Shown: piece after piece, positions 24,431 through 38,189 of the stretch
Layout of the letters: the number at the start of each line of letters is the position of its first letter
Numbering within the stretch: the stretch's first letter is position 1
Assembly: GCA_965112735.1 (NCBI GenBank)
Contig: OZ218954.1
Location: 558,001-622,000 of the forward strand
DNA length: 64,000 nucleotides
Direction of reading: 5' to 3'
Source: Phaeosaccion multiseriatum
Lineage: Eukaryota; Protista; Ochrophyta, other classes
Translations under genes and position numbers: made by a program
Notes under the pieces: model-generated
The model's database searches: none
Told to the model about the DNA's origin: nothing
The model's input: the letters and a program-made list of their open reading frames with translations, nothing else

Positions 24431-27400
24431 ACGCATTGCTTGAATTGCTCACCCTCAGATCGGCGATTTCCTGCTTCATGGGAATGACGGTTTCCTGGTA
24501 TCGTCTTTGTTCATCAAGAAGCCGCTCCGTCACACTGGACAGTCTGACGAAACGTTTCCCATCAGAAAGTGTGTGTGTTTAAGAGAGAGGGTGAGAGAGA
24601 TGGACAGGTTAGAAGAGAGAGAGAGAGAGAGAGACAGACAGAGAAGCAAGAGAGAGAGAAGCAGCATGACACACAGCAGAGGGTGTCACAATCACAACAA
24701 ACGGCGTCATGCCATCGGCGGGTATGCGTCACTTTCTATGCGACTTGGTCACCCACCACCCACCCATCCACCCATCCACCCACCCATCCACCCACCCACC
24801 CATCCACCCATCCACCCATCCACCCACCCACCCACCCATCCATCCATCCATCCACCACCCACCCACCCATCTACCCACCCATCCATCCATCCATCCACCC
24901 CTTCCACCCACTGTACTGACACCCATCCACCCATCCCGTTTCCTGACACTCACTTGCTGACCACGAGGTCAAGGTCCTTTGCCGACCTCGCCCTCTGCTC
25001 CTCCACGGCCCTCTTGTTGGCCGTTAGTTCGGTCTGCAGCAAGCGGATCGTGTCCTCGTACACCCCCACCTGTTGGTCATTCAGCCGTTACATCACAGTT
25101 GGCGTTGATAGGCATTCACAAGGAGTCAGCCAGTCAGTCAGTCAGAGGTGTTCAAGAGTGAAGCAGAAGGACAGTAAAAGAGTCAGGCAGTCAGTCAGTC
25201 TGTCAGTCTGTCTGTCAGTCTGTCAGTCTGTCTGTGAGTCTCTTAGCTCAGCTCAGGCTGCCTGAAAGAGTCAGTCAGGCAGTCAGTCAGTCAGTCTGTC
25301 AGTCTGTCTGTTAGCTCAGCTCAGACTGCAGCAGGCAGAAGGGTGTCCATGTATGTAAACAACACACACCAAACACCTTTACCTGCGTGTTGAAGTTGGC
25401 CGACACGCTCTCCAAGTTCAACTTCAAACTACCAACGTGCTCCCCAAGCTTCTGCTCCTTCACTCCGCTGTGATCCTTCTTCTGCACAAGTTGGGCATTC
25501 AGATCCCTCTCTGCCTCATACAGCCCACCAAGAGCCGTCAACCGCCCGCCCAAGTCAGTCACCGTGTCCTTCAGACTACGTTCCTTCTCCCTGCGGGGGT
25601 CCGTGGTGTCAGGACAGAGGAGGATGGCAGCGAATGGATGGGTGGGGTGGGCAGGGTGAGAGGGTGGGTGGGTGGGTGGGTGGGTGGGTGGGTGGGTGGA
25701 GAGGCCAGTACCTGAAGCCAGTAAAGCCAGTCATTAGATGGTGTCAGATAGTCGTTACTAAGCTACTTGTTCGTGTAAGTTTATTCTAGTAAAGTAACTC
25801 TACCTCGAGGCGGCCAGGTCTGCCTGCAGTTGTTGAAGTTCCTGAGAGCGGGTCCGAAGGCGGGCAGAGGCCCTTTCAAGCTCAAGGAAGGATCCGTCAA
25901 TCTTGGCCTTGTGGGTGTCCAGGAGAGCCAGCATACCCTTGCCTATGTCAATGAGTGGATGGCAGTCAATGGATGGGTAGGGCGGGATGAGAGATGGGGA
26001 CGGATAGTAAGTGAATGGATGGAAGTAAGTCAATGGTTTCGTGGCTTGGTAGGGTGGGGCAATGGGAACCTTTAACCCAATAACTGAAACTGCCAACTAC
26101 TTGATGAAGTCAAGCTGAAACTGAGAACCGACCTGTGCTCCGCAGCTCTCTCTGCGCGTTGGAGAGTGCGTGGCGGAGTTGTGCACCCGCCCCTCCTTGC
26201 TGCGGCTGTTTGCTGGCGACGGCGAGGGCTTCTTCCGCGGAGCCCAAGAGTGCCTGAAGCTTCTGTACATAGGCTGCCACCCCCCTCCGTTGCTCTCGAC
26301 TTGAAACCGTCACTCCATCGAGCTGAAACTGAAGGCGTTGTACCTCAAGGTTGAGGGAGTCGCTGAAAGGAGAGGGTGGGGGAAGGGATGGGGTCGGATG
26401 GCAGTGGATGGGGGAGGGACGAACAAGAGGTTGAGTATGAGAAGGTCGCTGCAGACACACACACACACACGTAAACACGCACACATTCACACAAACGTAA
26501 ACACACACACATTCACACGTACACACACATTCACGCACACACACACACACACACACATTCACACACAGGTGAAACCCCACACATTATACCTCACACCTGA
26601 CAAGTCACATCTGCACCATGACGTAATCCCCACGTAAGTCCTTACGTACCGCTCCTTTCTCAGGCGCTGAACATCTTGACTCTCCTCCGCCTTGATGCTA
26701 CTGAGCTCCTTTTGGGCCGACCTGAACTCTGATGCAATGCCCTTCACTCGGGCCTTGTACTCGCGGGACAGCTGCACGCGTTGATCAGGGGAGGACGGGG
26801 GGAGGGAGGGGGGAGGAGAGGAAGGGAGGAAGGAGGGAGAGAGGCGAGGGATAGAAGGAGTGGGGAGGGAGAGAGACACACAGAGAGAAAGAGAGAGAGG
26901 AAGAGAGAGAGGGAAGGAGACACAAGAGAGAAAGAGAGAGAGAGGGAGAGAGAGAGGGCATGGGGACCATGTAGGTGTAAGAATGACTGACTGAAACACT
27001 GAGTTACCCACTGAGTGACCAGCTGAGTGACCGACAGACTGACCAAGCGCTTCAGTGACGGGGCCCTCAGCCCTACCTGACAAAGGGCACTGACCTGTTC
27101 CTCCTCCCCAGGCTGCCCGAGCCCTTCTCCCCCTCCTCCTCCTCCTCCTCCTCCACTACGAAGGGCGCCGATACGTGTCTCGTAGGCTGCCTTCTCCCGA
27201 TCAAAGCTGAGTGTAAGCTCCTCAACTCTTCCTTCAAGCCTCTCCTGAGCGCCGCGTCGCCAGTTGTCAGCGGTCACGAGACGCTCGTTACTCCTGACAC
27301 CAAGTAGCAGCGCCATGCGGAGGGAAATAGAGCGGCGATGCAGGGAAATAGAGCGGCGATGCAGGGAGAGGGAGGGACCGAGGGAGGGAGGGAGGGAGGG

Positions 27401-27905
27401 AGGGAGGGAGGGAGGGAGGGAGGGAGGGAGGGAGGGAGGGAGGGAGGGAGGGAGGGAGGGAGGGAGGGAGGGAGGGAGGGAGGGAGGGAGGGAGGGAGGG
27501 AGGGAGGGAGGGAGGGAGGGAGGGAGGGAGGGAGGGAGGGAGGGAGGGAGGGAGGGAGGGAGGGAGGGAGGGAGGGAGGGAGGGAGGGAGGGAGGGAGGG
27601 AGGGAGGGAGGGAGGGAGGGAGGGAGGGAGGGAGGGAGGGAGGGAGGGAGGGAGGGAGGGAGGGAGGGAAGGAGGGAGGGAGGGAGGGAGGGAGGGAGGG
27701 AGGGAGGGAGGGAGGGAGGGAGGGAGGGAGGGAGGGAGGGAGGGAGGGAGGGAGGGAGGGAGGGGACGTTTCAGTGTCAGTGTGGATGTGTTCGGTCCTA
27801 TTCTATGAGCAGTAAACAAGGAGATGGGAAGGGGAGGGGGAGAGGATAACCCACAAATGCGTACACACACGCACACACACGCACACACACACACACACAC
27901 TCTCC

Positions 27906-27940
<35 letters not shown>

Positions 27941-29823
27941 TCACACACCTCTCCACTGCCTGCTCCATGCTTGTGAGTTTCGCCTTCATGGCCTGATAGT
28001 CCGCCGTGAGCGTTTCAATTCCCTCCAACTCGAGCTCCCTCTCTCTGAGGAACTGCGCTTTCTCTGCCTGCAGAGAGGAGAGGGCTTGACGAAGACGGGT
28101 CTGTCGGCAGGGGGGCGGGGGGACGGGGGGAGGGAGGGAGGAAGGAAGAGGAGGGAGGGAATAAGGAAGGAAGGAAGGGGAAGAGAACGACGAACACATG
28201 CATCAGCAGCAACAGCAACCGCAGGAGTTGACTAGGAGAGGCCCCCCTCCCTTCCTTCCGCCTCTCTCTTGCTCCCTCCCTTACCGACTCTGCAGCCTCG
28301 CCATCTGTGGCCTCCTCCCCCCCTGGGGCTGTGACAGATGGCGACAGCTGGTCCTGCAAGTCTTGTACTTGTCGCATTGCCGCCCCGATCTTGCCCAGCC
28401 CTCGATCCACCTCCCTCGCGGGTTGGGTCTGCTTGTCCTTTCTGTGAGACCTCCTGCCAGCTGTGAGCTTCCCGGAGACAGAGGCTGAGTCCGTGCCTCT
28501 TTTGCTGCTTCCCGAGAAGAAGCTGTCACTGTAGCCCCCCTCTCCTCCTCCTCGTCCTCCTCCCGTCGTTTCCGTGCCGACTCTTCGAGCACCGGCCGCA
28601 GTAGCAGCAGCAGTTGGTGATACAGCGGCGCCAGAAGCAGGTGATGCCACACCAGTTGCTGACACAGCAAAGTCTCTCGCTGCTGTTCTCCATGTGCCTG
28701 TCCCACTCTGTATCACCAACTGCTCCTGCTGCTGCCCCTTCCCCGCCGACCCCTGCCCCCTCCCTCCCATTCCCGGGGCTTGCTCCACGTGCATGCAACT
28801 GCCTCTACTCCTCCAACTGCCCCCATCGGTCCCACTACTGCTCGTGGTGCTGCTTCGACTTTGACTCCGGCTCTCTCTCTTGTCCTTGGGGTCCACGCCG
28901 GCGATGACTCCTATGACAAAGTCGAGCAGGCTGCTACCACTACCACTACTACGACCGCTGCCTTGACTACCATTCTTCTGAATGCCCCCCCCCGCTACAG
29001 AGGAGGACATGTCTCCGGGAGGGCTCTGTATTGGGACGGAGAATCGCGTGGTGGGGCCCCGTCTCCGCTTCTCTCCCAGTCCCCCCCCCCCTGCACCTCC
29101 TTCTTCTCCTCCTCCTCCTCCTCCTCCTCCTCCTCCTCCTCCTCCTCCTCCTTCTCCTCCTCCTCCTCCTCCTCCTCTGTGTGGATCTTCAGTGGACATA
29201 CCCATGACCAGGCGCCGTTGCTGCCGCTGCTGCCTCGCAAACGGCTGGTCCTGCGAAACCTCATTGTGAGGCAAAGAAGGAATAGAAGGACGAGGAGGAG
29301 GATAGCAGCGGAAATCCTTCTCGGCCCGCAACAGCCCTCGCCCAGGCCACCCTCCGATGAAGGCTGTTGCTGCTCCTGATAAGCTGCTGTTTCTGCGGCC
29401 GACGCTGCTGCTGCTGCTGCTGCTACTACTACTACTACTACAGCTACTGCTGTTGCTGCTGCGCTGCCGCTGCTGGCTTCGACCTATCGGAAAGGCAGCC
29501 GCCCTGGCCCTGGCGCCCCCCGCGGCTTGTTGCAAGCGTCGTCCCTTCAAGGGGGGGGATGGGACCGCCGCAGTCCCCGCCCAAGAGTGGCGAGTGTTCC
29601 TACCGCTCTGGTGATGCGCTTTTCCATGCTGGTGCTGGTGCTGGTGCTTCATCCCCTGCTGCTGCCTCTGATGCTGGCGCTTCCGCTGCTTTTGCTGGGA
29701 GAGCGATTCGAGGCTGAACTCTGTCCTCCGTCCCGTCGCTACATGCAGGTGGAAGCAAGCCGCACACAGCAGAAGCGCGCCGGTCAGGAGCTTCCGCGAG
29801 CAGCCTCCGCTGCTGCTTCCCAT
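21940..29823 (-). CDS. Long coiled-coil protein with N-terminal signal-peptide-like segment (12 exons), function unknown
   Basis: In-frame exons 29823-28285, 28100-27949, 27293-27095, 26771-26650, 26362-26133, 25942-25804, 25590-25383, 25069-24954, 24534-24453, 24149-24090, 23596-23472, 22978-21940; heptad-rich internal exons; hydrophobic [20 protein letters not shown] near the start. Confidence 0.8.
23777..24030. repeat. Compound (GAT)n/(AT)n microsatellite, intronic
   Basis: Direct observation. Confidence 0.95.
27381..27762. repeat. (GGGA)n microsatellite, ~380 bp, intronic
   Basis: Direct observation; (TCCC)n on the sense strand before the acceptor at 27294. Confidence 0.95.
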
Positions 29824-30577
29824 GCCCGACATCCCTCTGGCCGCTGCCGTGACTCGCGAAAGAAAGAGAAGGGCGCAAGACCGCAGGAGAGCAAGGCCGA
29901 TCCAAGGCCGTAACGGAAACGCCTAAACAATTTGAACTTCAAATTTGTGAGTGTAGTATGGGCGGGGGGGGGTGGAGAGACATTCATAGATACAACAAGC
30001 CACACAGAGCGATCCACCCACCATTCCCCCTCACCCCACACCCCACCCCATCCCCCTACCCTCCTCTTCACTCCCTTACCTACCCTCTCTTTCTGCGTGG
30101 CTGCCCACGGTACGCAATTGCCTCAACGTGCATTATGTGATTGAACATGTGCCGTATCGGTGCCGTCTCTTTTTCCGTTTGCGTCTTGGCCTGGCCTCCC
30201 TCCTCCATTCCCTCCTCCATTCCCTCCTCTTGTCCCTCGTTGGCCTACAATTGCCCTTCCTTCCCCTCCCTCCCAATCCCTCCTTCTTTTCCCATATCTT
30301 CCGTGCCTTTTATCTAATCACCTGCACCCCCGTCTCTCCCCCGTTCCCGTTGCCCCTTCTGCACACCGCAATACCTCTCCCCGCTCCGCTGCCGGCACTC
30401 TCCGATATTGTATACAGTGCATCCTTCTCTCCCTACTCTCTCCCACGCCCACCACACCCCACCTCACCCGCACGCCCGTCCACCAGACGGTTTTCCCCTT
30501 GTTCAGCAGCAGAGACAATATAATAGACACACACACGCAACGTAGGGGGATAGTTGGGTATATAAGATAGGAGTAGG

Positions 30578-33500
30578 ATGGATGCTGCTGGAGGCGAACA
30601 CGTGCAAGACGGTGTAGGCTTCCCGATGGACACGTCGGGAGGGGGCGAGGCGGTAGCGGCGGATTCTGCTGTTGCTGCGGCGGCGGCTGCAGCGGCTGCT
30701 GTTGGTGCTGGTAGCGGTGCTACTGCCGCTGATGCGGCTGCGGCGGGGGAAGTTGGAGTCGGTACGCAACCTGCCAGGCCAGGTAAGAGGAAAGGAGGGG
30801 AGAGAGAGAGTGTGCGAGGGGAGGGGAATGAGGGAGGGACAAGAGGCATGGAAGGAGGAAGGAGGGAGGGAGGGGAGAGGAAGGAGAGAAGAAAGAGGAA
30901 GGGCCCGTAGCGAGCCCGTCCCACGAGCGCCCTCAAGTTGTGCACTCAACTGACTCACCTGTCCATCCTCATGGCCACCCCTATTCCTCCAGAGCGAATC
31001 CCTCCCGCCTGTTCCCTCAAGCTCCTCGTCGGTAACGGCATGGCGGGCTCCCTCATCGGCAAGGTACGATGCTTGGATTGAGGACAGGTATATATGTATA
31101 TATACATATACATCAAGTCTTATCTCTCTCACTCGTTCTCTCTCTCTGTGGGTGTGTGTCCTGACGCCCTCCCTCTCTCTCTTTGTCCTCACCCCCTCTT
31201 CCTGCTGCCCTCCCTTGCTTAGGGCGGGGCCAACATCCAGGAGCTGCAGGCCCAGTCAGGGGCAAATGTGCGTGTGTCCGCCAACCAAATGTACTTTCCG
31301 GGCACGCAGGACAGGTATGATGTGTTGTTGTAACCGTCACGTAAGGCTACTCACGTTAATTCGTTCTATGTATCGTATGCCTGACTCTGTATATCCATTG
31401 CCATCCATCCGCTGCCATCCATCTATTGCCACCCACCCATTGCCATCCATCTACTGCCACCCCCTCCGCTGCCATGCATCCACTGCCATCCCCATGGCAG
31501 AGTCGTGATGATCTCCGGGGACCTTGTGGACGTCAAGCTTGCCGCCGCTCTGGTGCTGACTCGTGTGCATCAGGTGACATCATTGCCCACCACAGAGACT
31601 TACGTAGACTTACGTAGACTTGGGTAGTCAGGAAGGGAGGGAGGAAGGCTCGATCGGTCATTCACTCACTCACTCTCTCACTCTCACCCACCCACCCACC
31701 CACCCACCCACCCAGTCACGGACACCCACTCACCCACCCAGCGCCCAATGCCATCCACTGCCATCAGGTTCCCCCCGTGGAGGCAGGCGGGCCATCCACG
31801 AACCCGGACCCGGCTGCAGAGCTGCTGCAGAGGATTCTCATCCCTGCTGCTGCCGGAGGACTCATTATTGGACGGGGAGGAGCCAACATTAAGGTAGGAG
31901 GGAGGAAGGGAGGGAGGGAGGATGGAGGGAGGGAGAGATGGGAGACAGAGAAGAGAGGACACTATGCATACCTATGCAAGAGCACGCGCACACCAACACA
32001 CGCACACACCCACGCAGGCACACACAAGCACACACATCTTACATACATTGCCCTACGTCCTTCCCTCACCCCTTTTCGTCCCTCCCTTCCCTCCCTCCCC
32101 TCCCTCCCTCCTTCCCTCCGTCCCCCCCTTGTCGTCCCTCCCTCCTTCCCTCCCTCCCTCCCTCCCTGCCTCCCTCCCTCCCTCCCTCCCTCTCTCCCTC
32201 CCTTCCCTCCCTCTCTCCCTCCCTCCCCCCCTCCCTCCCTCCCTCCCCCCCTCCCTCTCAGGCGCTGTCGGAGGCGTCAGGTGCCCGCCTATCCCTTGCC
32301 CAGAAGGACGCCGCTGTGTCGAGTGAGCGGGTGGCCACTCTTCAAGGGACCCTCCGCGCCGTGCAAGCAGCGGTGCAGGTCATGCTTGACAAGCTTATGG
32401 TACGTAAGGGGTACGTAAGGGGGTACGTAAAGGGGTACGTAAGGAGGTGACTTAAGGGGGCACGTGAGGGTACGGAGAGGGCTGTAAGAGAAAAGAGGAG
32501 GATGGAGCGATAGAGGAGAGGAGGAAGAGGAGGGAGAGGGGCGAAGAGAAGTGGGGTAGAGACCTGGCGCCTGGTGGCGCTAACAAAAGCCCAAGCTCTG
32601 CTGTCCTTTCTCCTAACAACGACGAAACAGCCCCCCCCCCCCCCAGCACCCCTAACGTAGAGACCACACGTGCAATTAAACCCTCCCCTTTAACAACCCA
32701 ATAGGAGGACCCTCAGGTTTCCAGATACACCAATACGAGTGTCAATTACCGCTCCAATGACATGGGCGGGGCATATGGGCAGCACAGGTGTGTTGAGGGA
32801 GGGTTGATCTGTATGGGGTATCATGATGGCATGATGGAGGGATATAGGCTGACAGGTCCGTCCTCTCTCTCTCTGTCTGTCTCTCTCCCTTCACCTCTCT
32901 CTCCTCTCTCCTCTCTCTCTCTCTCCCTACATCTCTCTGTCTGTCTGTCTGTCACGCTCTCTCTCTTCTATACCTCTCTCTCTCTTCTATACCTCTCTCT
33001 CTCTTCTTCTACCTCTCTCTCTCTTGTTCTCTCTCTCTCTTCTATACCTCTCTCTCTTCTACCTCTCTCTCTTCTTCTCTCTCTCTCTCTTCTATACCTC
33101 TCTGCCTCTGCCTCTCTCTCTCTTCTACCTCTCTCTCTCTCTCTCTCTCTTCTATACCTCTCTCTATCTCTCTCTGTCTCTCTCTCTCTGCGTCTCTCTC
33201 TCTCTCTCTTCTATACCTCTCTCTATCTCTCTCTGTCTCTCTCTCTCTGCGTCTCTCTCTCTCTCTTCTATACCTCTCTCTCTCTATCTCTCTCTGTCTC
33301 TCCCTCTCTGTGCGTCTCTCGCTCCCATCTCTCTCCCCCGTCTCTCCTCTCTACACAGATCACCGCACCTTGGAGGAGGAAGTGGGGCAGCTGCGTATTC
33401 AGGCCCGGGGGGGGGTGGCGCCTACCCGGGGGGGGCGCACTATCAGCAGCAGCCGCCAGCCTTGCCAAATGCGTACGGGGGTTACTCCGTCCCCGGGGGG

Positions 33501-34189
33501 GCAGGCGTCCCGGGGGGCATCCCCGGGGGGCCGGGTGGAGCAGCTGTGCAGGTGCGTGCTGCCCCGGGGGTCTTGTTAGTCAGCAGACTACACACACCTG
33601 CGTGGGTGCGTGCGTGCGCGCGTGGCGTGGCGTGCCCCTCGTGCCCCATCCACCGTCATCCATCATTCCACTTGCCTTCCTAATCCCTCCCCATCCACTG
33701 CCATCCACTGCCATCTGCTGCCATTTGCTGCCATCCCCCCTTGCCGCAGGTGATGGCGGGTATGGGTGTTGCCGATCAGCAGACTACCACCATACCCCTG
33801 GCGGTTCCCGACAGCATGATCGGAGTGGTGCTCGGGAAGGTCAGTGGGGGAGGCAGAGGAGGCAGAGGAGGAGGGGGAGGAGGAGGAAGGGGAGGAGGAA
33901 GAGGAGGAGGAGGAGGAGGAGGAGGAGGAGGAGGAGGAGGGGGAGGGGGAGGGGGAGGGGGAGGGGGAGGAAGGGGAGGAGGAGGAAGAGGGCGAAGGGG
34001 GGGCTGCTGAGGACCACTTTGTTTGAATGGTTTGGACGGTGCTCGACTTTCTGTCTCTGCCGCGTCGCTCTTCCGATTTTCAACGGCTTGGGGCATGTTT
34101 CTGACCCCGCGCCGCCACCACCTGTCGCGTCTGTCCCTCCGTCCCTCCCTCCCTCCCTCTCACATCCCCACCACACACACACACACACA

Positions 34190-34220
<31 letters not shown>

Positions 34221-34688
34221 GCACACCTCGTATGCTTCCATATGCCTCCACCCAGGCTGGCCAGACCATTCACGAGCTCCAGGCGCTTAGCGGTGCTCAC
34301 ATCACGGTATCCCAGCGCGGAGACTTTGTCCCAGGTCAGTTCGTTGACATACTTGAGATTATTTACATGTTCGGTTTCGATGTCGGGCAACAATCAAAAG
34401 CCCTTGACGAGTCGTACATATTACTCGATGTCGATATTCTACGTTTCGATACGATGTTATCTCAAACTTGTCCATATCGTGATGCTTGTCCTGACACCAG
34501 GCACCACGAACCGCACGGTGACCATCATCGGCACTCCAATGGCGGCCCAGACGGCCCAACACCTCATCACGCAGAAGATTCAGAGCTCTTTACAGGCCAG
34601 CGAGGCACGGGCTAATGGGGGCATTGGAGGAGGAGGAGGAGGAGGAGGAGGAGGAGGAGGAGGAGGAGGGGTGGGGGGTGGGCAGTAG
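30578..34688 (+). CDS. NOVA/BTR1/pasilla-like triple KH-domain RNA-binding protein (11 exons)
   Basis: Exons 30578-30782, 30993-31063, 31223-31314, 31501-31573, 31768-31893, 32262-32399, 32705-32787, 33359-33551, 33750-33839, 34256-34334, 34501-34688. KH1 LKLLVGNGMAGSLIGKGGANIQELQAQSGANVRVS..YFPGTQDRVV; KH2 ILIPAAAGGLIIGRGGANIKALSEASGA; KH3 VPDSMIGVVLGKAGQTIHELQALSGAHITVSQRGDFVPGTTNRTVTIIG (NOVA-type FPGT and FVPGT.NR signatures). Confidence 0.9.
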
Positions 34689-35284
34689 AAGGTATAAAGG
34701 GACCGGCGCTTGGGGTACAGCAGTTGGTGCTACAGCACTGACTGACCGCCAACCTGTGGAGCCTCTGAAGGGCGTGGCACGGGACTGAGTCGAGGAGCAG
34801 CAACAATGGCAACAGCATCAGCAGTTGGTGATGCAGGGGAGGGGAGGGAGCACAGCTGCGTAGCAATCGCGTTGTTCTTTCAGTGGGGGGGCAGTTGTCA
34901 ATTGTGAATGCGTAAGGGTGAGGGGTGGGAAATAGACCACGAGTCTCTCTCTGTCTGTCTCTTGGCGCACGCAGACACCTCCCTCCCTCATTAATTTCAA
35001 GTTTTCATTAATTGACACCTCATTGATTTCAAGTTTTCATTAATAGGGTGGTTTTCCAAAAGAGGAGCATCCTGGCGCTGGTCTGGGGTTAGGCTCAAAA
35101 GAGATCAAACATTTTACTTGTTTACATAAACAGAGGGGGAGACGGCAGTGGGTGGAGAAGGGGGGAGAGGATGGCAGTGGATGGCAAAGAGGAGGGGAGT
35201 GGAAGTGGATGGCAAAAAGGAGGGGAGTGGGAGTGGATGGAGAAGGATGGAGAGGACGACAGTGGATGGCGAAGGAAGAGAAGG

Positions 35285-36104
35285 TCAGCTGATGAGGTGG
35301 GGTATATAGAGCAGCACAGTTTGAAGCTGCGCCCCGTTGGGTCCGAAGCGTACTCCCACGTCGGCCAGCGAAGCATTATCGTCTTCGAGCACCTGTAGGG
35401 GGGAAGGCAGTGGAGTGGATGGCAGTGGATGGACAGGGAGGAGAGGGGGAGGTAAGCGCAGGAGGAGGGAGGACAAGGACTGGAGGGAGAGAGCAACACG
35501 GAGAGCAAGAAGAATGGACTACCGGGATAAAGCAAAGGGTCACGGCTGAATCTCTCTCTCTCTCTCTCTCTCTCTCTGATTCTCAGGAATCTGTTCTCGC
35601 TCTCCTAAACTCTCTCCCTCTCTTCCTGACTCTCTCTCTCTAAATCCCTCTCTGGTTCTTTCTCTGGTTCTCTTTCTCTCCTTGAATCTCTCTCTCTTTC
35701 TCTCTCTCTGCCTCAGAAGCTCCCTCCATCGTTCTCTCTGAATCTCTCTCTTTCTGAATTTCACTCTTTCACTCTCCCTCTGAATCTTTCTCTGTCTCTC
35801 TCTCCCTCTCTGTGAACCTCTTCCCTTCTCTCTCTAACCAACCAACCAACCTCCAACCAAGAGAGAGCCGTCTGGACCCCGCCCCTTCCCCTCTCTCTCT
35901 CTCTCATTCACAGACGCATACAGAAGTAAAGGCATACCCCAGGTCATACAGTAAGTCATGGAATCATATATACACACGCGCCTCATTGACTTACCTTTCC
36001 GCCGCTCCTGAGTGCGAGCTGATCGGGCCGAATGGTGGAGCTGGCACCTCCCCTGGTAGTAAGTCAATGAACGGACGGGCAGCAAGAGAGCGGGTTCATG
36101 AGAG

Positions 36105-36159
<55 letters not shown>

Positions 36160-38138
36160 CTCGGTTTCAGTATTGAGGGAGTGGGTGTGGCCGCCCGCTT
36201 TCTTTCTCTCTCTCTCTTTCCAATCCACTAAAAACTCAAACTCCAATCCACTCCAAACTCAAACTCCAACCCACCTGTTTTGCTCCACAAGCACAGCCCC
36301 CAGTGCCCTTCGAAGCTCCCCCACCGTCGCGCCGAAAAGAGGGTCCCAAACAGGACCATCCGGCGGACCTCTCCCAGCTTTATCTCCTCCCCCTCCTCCC
36401 CCTCCTCCTCCTCCTCCTCCTCCTCCTCCTCCTCCTCCTCCTCCTCCTCCTCCTCCTCCTCCTCCTCCTCCCCCTCCTCCTCCTCCTCGTCCTCCTCCTC
36501 CCCCTCCTCCTCCTCCCCCTCCTCCTCCCCCCCTTCCTCTTCCTTCCTCTCCCCCTCCTCCTTCCCCTCCTCCTCCTCCTCCTCTTCCTCCTCCTCCTCC
36601 TCCTCCTCCTCCTCCTCCTCCTCCTCCTCCTCCTCCTCTCCTTCTACCACCGCGACCAAGCCCCTTTACACGATAGATTTGACCTGTATACCCTTCCACA
36701 ATGATGGTCCAGTCGTCCGGATGGGGGTGTCCCACACGCTGAAACTCACATTGCGTGGCGAGCAACTCCCGCGTAAAAAGGGGGAACGAAAACGCCGAAG
36801 GGGCACCGGGGGGAGGGAGCAGCACTTCATCCCCGGGGTGGTCGGACATGATTATGAGCGGGTACAGGCAAAGCCGCCGACTCAGAGACCCACCACCACC
36901 TCCTCCTCCTCCTCCTCCTCCTCCTCCTCCTCCTCCTCCTCCGTGGGTGTTGATCGTAAAGGCATGCCCCATGCTCTTTCCGTTGTGGAAAAAAGTCACA
37001 CGGGTGCCTCCTCCTCCTCCTCCTCCTCCTCCTCCTCCTCCTGCTGCTGCTGTTGCTGCTGCTGCTGCTCCTCCTCCTCCTCCTCCTCCTGCTCCTGCTC
37101 CTCCTCCTCCTCCTCCAGGGGCCTGTTCCTGCCGCTCCTGTTGCTTCCCCTCGCCCCCACTGTTGCTGCTCCCGTTGTATTGACTGCCAACTGTGACTCT
37201 GCTATGTTGATCTTGAGGCTCTACCAACACGCCGATAACGTCCCCACTGTTCACGCGACACCCGTAAGGCCACACCTGTTGGTGATACAGAGGGAGGGAG
37301 GGAGGGAGGGAGGGAGGGAGGGAGAGAGGGAGGGAGGGAGGGAGGGAGAGATGGAAGGAGATGGAGGGAGATGAAGGGAGCGATGGAGGGAGATGGAGGA
37401 GAGGGAGGGAGGGACGGAGGGAGAGAGGGAGGGAGGGGGGAAGGGAGAGGGAGATGGAGGGAGACGGACGGAGGGAGGGAGAGAGGGACGGAGGGGGGAA
37501 GGGAGGGAGGGAGAGAGAGGGAGGGACGGAGGGAGGGAGAGAGGGGGTAAGAGACAGCATCGGAGGAAGAGAGCATCACCGAGAGTAAGACACAAAAGGG
37601 GAAATGATGAGAAGGGACGAAGAAAAGTAGCGCACAGAAGGAAGGCAGAGACCTTGCTGTCCACGCCGTGGCGGAGTCTGCCTGCGCAGTCGAAGGTCCA
37701 CGCCTGCTTGGGGGGGCAGGAGTGGGTATACAGCAGTTTTTAGTTTCACGTTCCCTCGGATTTCCAAAGCCCTAGGATCATTAAGTGCTCTGCTACTTCT
37801 ACTATAAATACCCCTCCTCCGCCTCCTCCTCGCCTCCCTCTCTTCCTCCTCCTCCTCCCTACTGTGCCCTTCCCTCCCGCCTGTACTCCCTCTCACCCAT
37901 CACCCTCCTCACCCTTCTCCCCGCATCACCCTCTAAGGAGAGTGTACTTAACCACTTACGTACTCCACGTCTTCTTCGCCCCCTCTCCCCCTCAAAACTG
38001 GCACTCAAACTGCCGCTCAAAACCCGCACTTACGAATCCTTACGTAAAGCTTACGTACTGTGACGAACCTGTTTGGGATCGAAGTGCGGCGTCACTGCCT
38101 TGCGCGTTCCCACTCCGACCTGCATGGAGTGTATCACG

Positions 38139-38189
<51 letters not shown>

